NCBI GenBank assembly: GCA_964371245.1
Contig: CAYJKP010000001.1
Coordinates: 123,042-187,041, forward strand
DNA length: 64,000 nucleotides
Direction of reading: 5' to 3'
From: an uncultured Gammaproteobacteria bacterium
GTDB taxonomy: Bacteria; Patescibacteriota; Patescibacteriia; JAHIZJ01
Below, one piece after another: positions 59,194 to 64,000 of this stretch (position 1 is the first letter of the stretch; every line of letters starts with the position of its first letter). Under the pieces are notes generated by a model. It was given only the letters and a program-made list of their open reading frames with translations. It made no database searches and was not told the DNA's origin. Made by a program: the position numbers and the translations under genes.

Positions 59194-59600
59194 CATTACT
59201 CAATCCTCGAAAAGTTAAACATCGGAAATGGCAGCGCGGCCGGCAGCGCGGTATAGCGGTGCGAAAAACCCGGGTCGCCTTCGGGAGCTATGGCTTAAAA
59301 GCGCTCACCGGCAGCCTCGTAACCGCACGACAGCTGGAAGCAGCGCGGCGCGCGATTATTCGCTTTGTCCAGCGCGGCGGAAAGACTTGGATTCGGATTT
59401 TCCCTGATAAACCGATGACGCTGAAGGGATCCGAAGTCCGGATGGGTGGCGGGAAGGGCGCAGTCGATCACTACGTGGCTGTCGTCAAACCCGGGACAGT
59501 CATGATTGAGATCGATGGCGTAACTGAAGCGGTGGCGCGGGAAGCGTTCCGTTTGGCCGGCCATAAGCTGCCGGTTCGGACATCCTTTATCGAAAAATAA
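59190..59600 (+). CDS. rplP: 50S ribosomal protein L16
   Basis: Conserved L16 sequence. Confidence 0.95.
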   Translation: MTLLNPRKVKHRKWQRGRQRGIAVRKTRVAFGSYGLKALTGSLVTARQLEAARRAIIRFVQRGGKTWIRIFPDKPMTLKGSEVRMGGGKGAVDHYVAVVKPGTVMIEIDGVTEAVAREAFRLAGHKLPVRTSFIEK

Positions 59601-59601
59601 T

Positions 59602-59814
59602 ATGAAAATAACTGAACTAAAAACCAAGTCAACCGCCGAGCTTCACAGTTTTTTACGTGAGTGCCGAGCGAAGGAGCGCGATCTCCACTTCAAAATTGCG
59701 GTGAAGCAGGCCAAGAACGTGCGTGAAATCCGCGATTTGAAAAAAACCATTGCGAAAATAATGACCCTATTGAATACGCTTGAACATAAGCAGACTCACT
59801 CAACCAAGACGTAA
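59602..59814 (+). CDS. rpmC: 50S ribosomal protein L29
   Basis: Position and sequence (ELKTKSTAELHSFLRECRAKERDLHFKIAVKQ). Confidence 0.85.
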   Translation: MKITELKTKSTAELHSFLRECRAKERDLHFKIAVKQAKNVREIRDLKKTIAKIMTLLNTLEHKQTHSTKT

Positions 59815-59815
59815 T

Positions 59816-60061
59816 ATGGACAAGATGAAGGCAAAAAAACGAATCCTCTCCGGTACCGTCGTCCGTGACAAGATGGACAAAACGATTGTCGTTCGGGTTG
59901 ATCGAACTAAGGTGCATCCGCTCTATCACCGTCGCTATCACGTGAGCAAAACCTATCACGTCCACGATCCGGAAAAGTCGTTTCACGTTGGCGATCGCGT
60001 TGAGATTCAAGAAACACGGCCATTATCACGCACCATCCGCTGGCAGGTAATCAAAAAATAA
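59816..60061 (+). CDS. rpsQ: 30S ribosomal protein S17
   Basis: KRILSGTVVRDKMDKTIVVRVDRTKVHPLYHRRY. ATG 59816 is preferred over the overlapping ORF-track start 59780. Confidence 0.9.
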   Translation: MDKMKAKKRILSGTVVRDKMDKTIVVRVDRTKVHPLYHRRYHVSKTYHVHDPEKSFHVGDRVEIQETRPLSRTIRWQVIKK

Positions 60062-60070
60062 ACAACCACC

Positions 60071-60442
60071 ATGATTCAAGTTGGCACATATCTAATAGTT
60101 GCAGACAACACCGGAGCCAAGCGTCTCAAGTGTATTCGGGTATTGGGTGGTAATCGGAAACGCTATGCGCGCGTCGGCGAGATTATTACTGCAGTTATTA
60201 AAGAGGCGATGCCGCACACACAGGTAAAGAAAAGCGAAATTGTCCACGTGGTGATCGTTCGGCAACGCAAAGAACTGCGCCGCCCAGACGGCAGCTACAT
60301 CAGATTTGACGATAACGCCGGCGTTATTGTTGATAAAAATTCGAAAGAACCAAAAGGTTCGCGCATCTTTGGTCCGGTGGCTCGGGAGTTGCGGGCGAAA
60401 GGTTTTATGAAAATTATTTCACTTGCCCCGGAGGTACTCTAA
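60071..60442 (+). CDS. rplN: 50S ribosomal protein L14
   Basis: [17 protein letters not shown]... Confidence 0.95.
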   Translation: MIQVGTYLIVADNTGAKRLKCIRVLGGNRKRYARVGEIITAVIKEAMPHTQVKKSEIVHVVIVRQRKELRRPDGSYIRFDDNAGVIVDKNSKEPKGSRIFGPVARELRAKGFMKIISLAPEVL

Positions 60443-60762
60443 TGGGAATAATGAAGATTAAAAAAAACGATATTGTCCTGATCCTGCAAGGGAAGGATCG
60501 CGGCAAAAAAGGCAAGGTGCTGCAAACCCTTCCGGAGGATAGAAAAGTGGTGGTTGAAAACAGCAATGTCATGGTGCGCCATCTCCGACCTCGGAAAATG
60601 CGCGAGAAAGGGCAGAAGATTCATTTCAACGCCCCGCTTGATATCTCAAGCGTGAGTCTGATCTGCCCGAAGTGCAGCAAGCAGACCCGCGTGGGCTATA
60701 AAATACTGGAGAATAAAAAGAAAGTTCGCCTTTGCCGAAAGTGTAAAGAAGTTATTGATTAA
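60442..60762 (+). CDS. rplX: 50S ribosomal protein L24 with C-terminal CxxC...CxxC zinc-ribbon-like extension
   Basis: KOW core (IKKNDIVLILQGKDRGKKGKV) followed by CPKCSKQTRVGYKILENKKKVRLCRKCKEV. Confidence 0.9.
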   Translation: MGIMKIKKNDIVLILQGKDRGKKGKVLQTLPEDRKVVVENSNVMVRHLRPRKMREKGQKIHFNAPLDISSVSLICPKCSKQTRVGYKILENKKKVRLCRKCKEVID

Positions 60763-60767
60763 AAAAC

Positions 60768-61310
60768 ATGAATCGACTTGAGAAAAAATATCGGAAAGAA
60801 ATAGTGCCAGAGATGAAGAAAGCCCTTAGCCTCTCCAATGATTTAGAGGTGCCGAGAATTTTAAAGGTGGTCGTCAACGTCGGTATCGGCAAACTGGCGC
60901 GCGAGGAAAAGAACCAGGAGAGCGTCAAAACCACCCTTCGTCGGATCACCGGCCAAGAACCGCTTCTCACCAAGGCGAAGAAATCCATTTCCAACTTCAA
61001 GGTCCGACGCGGCATGGTTGTTGGCGCCTGCATAACGCTGCGTCGCACGCGGATGTATGATTTTATCGACAAGCTTATCCACGCGACCTTGCCTCGGGTC
61101 CGCGATTTTCGCGGGCTGGATACGACGAATCTTGATGGTCATGGGAATTTAAATATCGGTTTTAAAGAACACACGGTCTTTCCGGAAGTGAAGTCGGATG
61201 AAATAGAAACAATCCATGGTCTCGAAGTCGCCATCGTCACGAACGCAAAAACGAACGAGGTGGCGCAAGTATTATTTGAACGACTCGGTTTTCCCTTTAA
61301 AAAAACATAA
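60768..61310 (+). CDS. rplE: 50S ribosomal protein L5
   Basis: Conserved L5 sequence. Confidence 0.95.
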   Translation: MNRLEKKYRKEIVPEMKKALSLSNDLEVPRILKVVVNVGIGKLAREEKNQESVKTTLRRITGQEPLLTKAKKSISNFKVRRGMVVGACITLRRTRMYDFIDKLIHATLPRVRDFRGLDTTNLDGHGNLNIGFKEHTVFPEVKSDEIETIHGLEVAIVTNAKTNEVAQVLFERLGFPFKKT

Positions 61311-61312
61311 CT

Positions 61313-61498
61313 ATGGCAACAGCCGCATGGAAAGCAAAAGCAAATAGGAAACAAAAATATTCGACTCGGGTGATCCGTCGATGCTGGCGCTGTGGCCGAG
61401 TTCATGGCTACATGCGGAAGTTTCGTCTTTGCCGGATTTGTTTCCGGGAAATGGCGAACAAAGGGGAAATCCCCGGAATAACAAAATCAAGCTGGTAA
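61313..61498 (+). CDS. rpsN: 30S ribosomal protein S14 type Z (zinc-binding)
   Basis: 61 aa, [20 protein letters not shown]. Confidence 0.9.
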   Translation: MATAAWKAKANRKQKYSTRVIRRCWRCGRVHGYMRKFRLCRICFREMANKGEIPGITKSSW

Positions 61499-61527
61499 GA
61501 TAACTACTTAAACGGTACACGATTGTT

Positions 61528-61917
61528 ATGACTCATGATCCCATCGCAGACATGCTCACGCAGATTCGCAACGCTTCGAAGGTGACGAAAGCGGAGGTTT
61601 TGATTCCTTTTTCCAAAGTGAAAGAGGCGATTGCGGGCATTCTTGTTCAAGAGGGATATGTCGAACGGGCTGAAAGAGTCGATGGTCCGCCGGCCAAGCT
61701 TCGTTTGGCGCTGAAATACTCCGGCCGGAAACCGGTGATAACCAACCTGAAGCGGATTAGCAAGCCAGGACGTCGCATCTATGTCTCGAAAGATCGTCTT
61801 CCGTGGGTTTTGAACAATTATGGCATTGCCATCATCTCGACGTCCTATGGTATCATGTCGAATCGCCAAGCTCGCAAAAAGCGAATCGGCGGAGAAATTA
61901 TTTGTGAGGTATATTAA
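61528..61917 (+). CDS. rpsH: 30S ribosomal protein S8
   Basis: MTHDPIADMLTQIRNA... Confidence 0.95.
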   Translation: MTHDPIADMLTQIRNASKVTKAEVLIPFSKVKEAIAGILVQEGYVERAERVDGPPAKLRLALKYSGRKPVITNLKRISKPGRRIYVSKDRLPWVLNNYGIAIISTSYGIMSNRQARKKRIGGEIICEVY

Positions 61918-61922
61918 GACAT

Positions 61923-62480
61923 ATGTCAAAGATTGGTAAAATTCCAGTTCCATTGCCAGCCGGCGTCCTGCTGACGGTCGGTCAAGACAATGTGGTTACG
62001 GTCAAAGGCCCGAAAGGGGAGTTGCGTCAGCCTTTAGATAACCATGTTCAGGTTCGCCAGGAGGACCAAGTGATTCAGGTGAGCGTTAAAAACCCCGACG
62101 ATCGGAACCAGCGGGCGTTATGGGGGTTAAGCCGTTCCCTCATCAATAATATGGTGATTGGCGTGTCAAAAGGCTTTGAAAAGAAGCTAGAGATAAATGG
62201 CGTTGGCTATCGAGCGGCGCTCCAGGGACGAACGATTCAGCTGAATCTAGGATTTTCGCACCCGGTAAACTACATCGTACCGGATGGCATTGAAGCGAAA
62301 ATTGAAAAAAACATCATCGTCTTAACCGGAATCGATAAACACTTGATCGGCGAGGTGGCGGCGCAAATCCGTCGGCTCAAGCCGCCGGAACCGTATAAGG
62401 GTAAAGGCATTAAATATCTTGAAGAAGTTATTCGACGCAAGGCCGGAAAAGCGGTCAAGGCGGCCGAAGGAAAGAAATAA
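61923..62480 (+). CDS. rplF: 50S ribosomal protein L6
   Basis: Conserved L6 sequence. Confidence 0.95.
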   Translation: MSKIGKIPVPLPAGVLLTVGQDNVVTVKGPKGELRQPLDNHVQVRQEDQVIQVSVKNPDDRNQRALWGLSRSLINNMVIGVSKGFEKKLEINGVGYRAALQGRTIQLNLGFSHPVNYIVPDGIEAKIEKNIIVLTGIDKHLIGEVAAQIRRLKPPEPYKGKGIKYLEEVIRRKAGKAVKAAEGKK

Positions 62481-62492
62481 CAGCGCTTTATT

Positions 62493-62849
62493 ATGGCAAA
62501 TCTTCAAAAAAAGAAACAAGCGGGTCGTATCCAACGCCGTCGCCGAGCCCGGTCAAAGATTGTTGGCACCGCCAGTCGTCCGCGCCTGGTTGTATTTCGG
62601 AGCCTGAAGCATATTTCCGTTCAGGCAATAGACGATAACCGCGGACAGACGCTCGCGGCGGTCACCGACCGGGAAGCCGGAAAGAAACTGGCCGGCGTTG
62701 AAGCAGCCAAAGCGGTTGGTGAGTTGGTGGCTAAAAAGCTGCAAACCAAAAAGATAACCGCGGTAGTTTTTGATCGGAATGGCTATAAATATCACGGTCA
62801 GGTGAAAGCCTTGGCCGAAGCGGCGCGGGCAGGAGGCTTACAATTTTAA
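62493..62849 (+). CDS. rplR: 50S ribosomal protein L18
   Basis: Conserved L18 sequence. Confidence 0.9.
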   Translation: MANLQKKKQAGRIQRRRRARSKIVGTASRPRLVVFRSLKHISVQAIDDNRGQTLAAVTDREAGKKLAGVEAAKAVGELVAKKLQTKKITAVVFDRNGYKYHGQVKALAEAARAGGLQF

Positions 62850-62851
62850 GG

Positions 62852-63391
62852 TTGAACATGGAACCAGATAAACGACCAAGACGAAGAAATCAGCGACGTG
62901 AGGAAAAAAAGGATTCTGAATTCGATCAGCGCGTTATTGAAGTGAAACGCGTCACTCGAGTGATGGCCGGTGGCAAGCGGATGCGTTTTCGGGCCTGTGT
63001 TGTTGTCGGTGACGGCAAGGGGCGAGTTGGCGTTGGCCTGGCAAAAGGCGCGGATGTATCAATTGCGGTAAACAAGGCTGCCTTAAAAGGCCAAAAAGCG
63101 CTGATCCGGGTAAACATAGTGAAGGACACTATTCCGCACCGCGTTTTGTGCAAGTATAAAGCCGCCCAGGTGCTCTTAAAGCCCGGCCCGGCCGGTACCG
63201 GCGTCGTGGCTGGCGGACCAACGCGCTCAGTTGTTGAACTCGCCGGTATTAAGAATATTATTATCAAAATGCTTGGCTCGCGGAATAAACTAAATAACGT
63301 GAAGGCGACGATTGAAGCATTAAGCCAGCTCAAAGACATTAAAAATGATATCCATGGAACTCAGCCTGAATCAGCTCCAGACAAAAAATAG
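62852..63391 (+). CDS. rpsE: 30S ribosomal protein S5 (with N- and C-terminal extensions)
   Basis: S5 dsRBD and C-terminal domain (VIEVKRVTRVMAGGKRMRFRA...). Confidence 0.95.
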   Translation: MNMEPDKRPRRRNQRREEKKDSEFDQRVIEVKRVTRVMAGGKRMRFRACVVVGDGKGRVGVGLAKGADVSIAVNKAALKGQKALIRVNIVKDTIPHRVLCKYKAAQVLLKPGPAGTGVVAGGPTRSVVELAGIKNIIIKMLGSRNKLNNVKATIEALSQLKDIKNDIHGTQPESAPDKK

Positions 63392-63806
63392 AAAACACCG
63401 CCGGCGCGTTGGTCGGGGAAGCGGCTCAGGTCGCGGAACCTACAGCGGACGGGGTATGAAGGGCCAGAAATCTCGTTCGGGCGCGAATATCCGGCCGGGC
63501 TTTGAAGGCGGTCGGATGCCGCTCATCCGTCAAGTTCCCAAAAGCCGAGGCTTCAAGAGCCGTTATGAGAAAGCGACGGTGGTTAATATTGGCGATTTGG
63601 AAAAAACCTATGCCAATAACGAGTTGGTCACACCGGCGAAATTAGTGGAGAAAGGTTTTCTCAAAACAGCCAACCAGTACGTGAAGATATTAGGGAATGG
63701 GGAATTACAGAAGTCATTGACTGTTGAAGCGAACGCATTCTCAAAATCGGCAAAAGATGCTATAACAAAAGCAGGCGGCGCCATACGCATCCGTCGATCT
63801 CTATGA
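63354..63806 (+). CDS. rplO: 50S ribosomal protein L15
   Basis: KRVGRGSGSGRGTYSGRGMKGQ. It follows S5 directly (no L30 gene) and overlaps the S5 3' end by ~38 nt in another frame; start chosen at MELSLNQLQ. Confidence 0.85.
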   Translation: MELSLNQLQTKNRKHRRRVGRGSGSGRGTYSGRGMKGQKSRSGANIRPGFEGGRMPLIRQVPKSRGFKSRYEKATVVNIGDLEKTYANNELVTPAKLVEKGFLKTANQYVKILGNGELQKSLTVEANAFSKSAKDAITKAGGAIRIRRSL

Positions 63807-64000
63807 ACATTTGGCAGAAAATCATACAAATTTGGCAAATCCGCGATCTTCGGAAGAAGATTTTGTTTGTTTTTGCGATTCTGATTGTTTTCCGGCTCGC
63901 GGCCCATATTCCCGTTCCCGGGGTTGACGTCTCGAACCTAAAGAATTTTTTCAATTCCAACCAGGTCCTTGGTTTGTTGAATGTCTTTTCCGGCGGTGCG
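63803..64000 (+). CDS. secY: preprotein translocase SecY, N-terminal fragment (continues beyond window)
   Basis: MNIWQKIIQIWQIRDLRKKILFVFAILIVFRLAAHIPVPGVD...; ATG overlaps the rplO stop (ATGA). Confidence 0.85.
   Translation, partial: MNIWQKIIQIWQIRDLRKKILFVFAILIVFRLAAHIPVPGVDVSNLKNFFNSNQVLGLLNVFSGGA

Overview
The window reads as a reduced, monoderm-type bacterial genome of roughly 50% GC. Several cues are consistent with a Patescibacteria/CPR-like organism, but this is inference only: L30 is absent between S5 and L15, several r-proteins carry extensions, the T4SS parts are Gram-positive-type (PrgI-like/VirB4), and the pil locus has no secretin. Contents in order: (1) 1-10.3 kb, the 3' end of a PPDK_N-domain gene, a Pro-rich hypothetical, then a T4SS-like module: a PrgI/VirB3-like protein, a VirB4 ATPase that appears split into two translationally coupled ORFs, membrane-anchored proteins with Asn-Thr repeats, a VirB2/TrbC-like pilin fused to a Cys-rich domain, a TolB-like beta-propeller and a DsbA-like protein lacking the CxxC motif. 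(2) 10.4-11.5 kb, a GC-rich segment of atypical composition. (3) 11.5-21 kb, recG, a PAP2 phosphatase, tRNA-Arg, an intact DsbA, a tRNA-Ser cluster with tRNA-fragment duplications, comFC, clpC-like, htpX and lemA. (4) 21.2-25.5 kb, a 1415-aa extracellular protein with Asp-box/BNR-like repeats. (5) 25.6-41.7 kb, a complete type IV pilus locus: pilM/N/O, pilB, a CheY-like REC protein, pilT, pilC, two tandem major-pilin paralogs each with its own promoter, pilD and four minor pilins. It is interrupted by an IS200/RAYT-like tnpA carrying an in-frame GC-rich palindromic insertion, and by a ~62% GC gene for a beta-propeller protein with a T9SS-type C-terminal sorting domain, which looks foreign. (6) ligA, a 510-nt apparently non-coding spacer, gatCA, a second REC-only protein, an extended adenylate-kinase homolog, tRNA-Pro, rpmB and an M50-like protease. 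(7) the str/S10/spc ribosomal cluster (rpsL through rplO and the start of secY), with two extra hypothetical genes inserted around fusA and a separate promoter for tuf. No CRISPR array or rRNA was seen.
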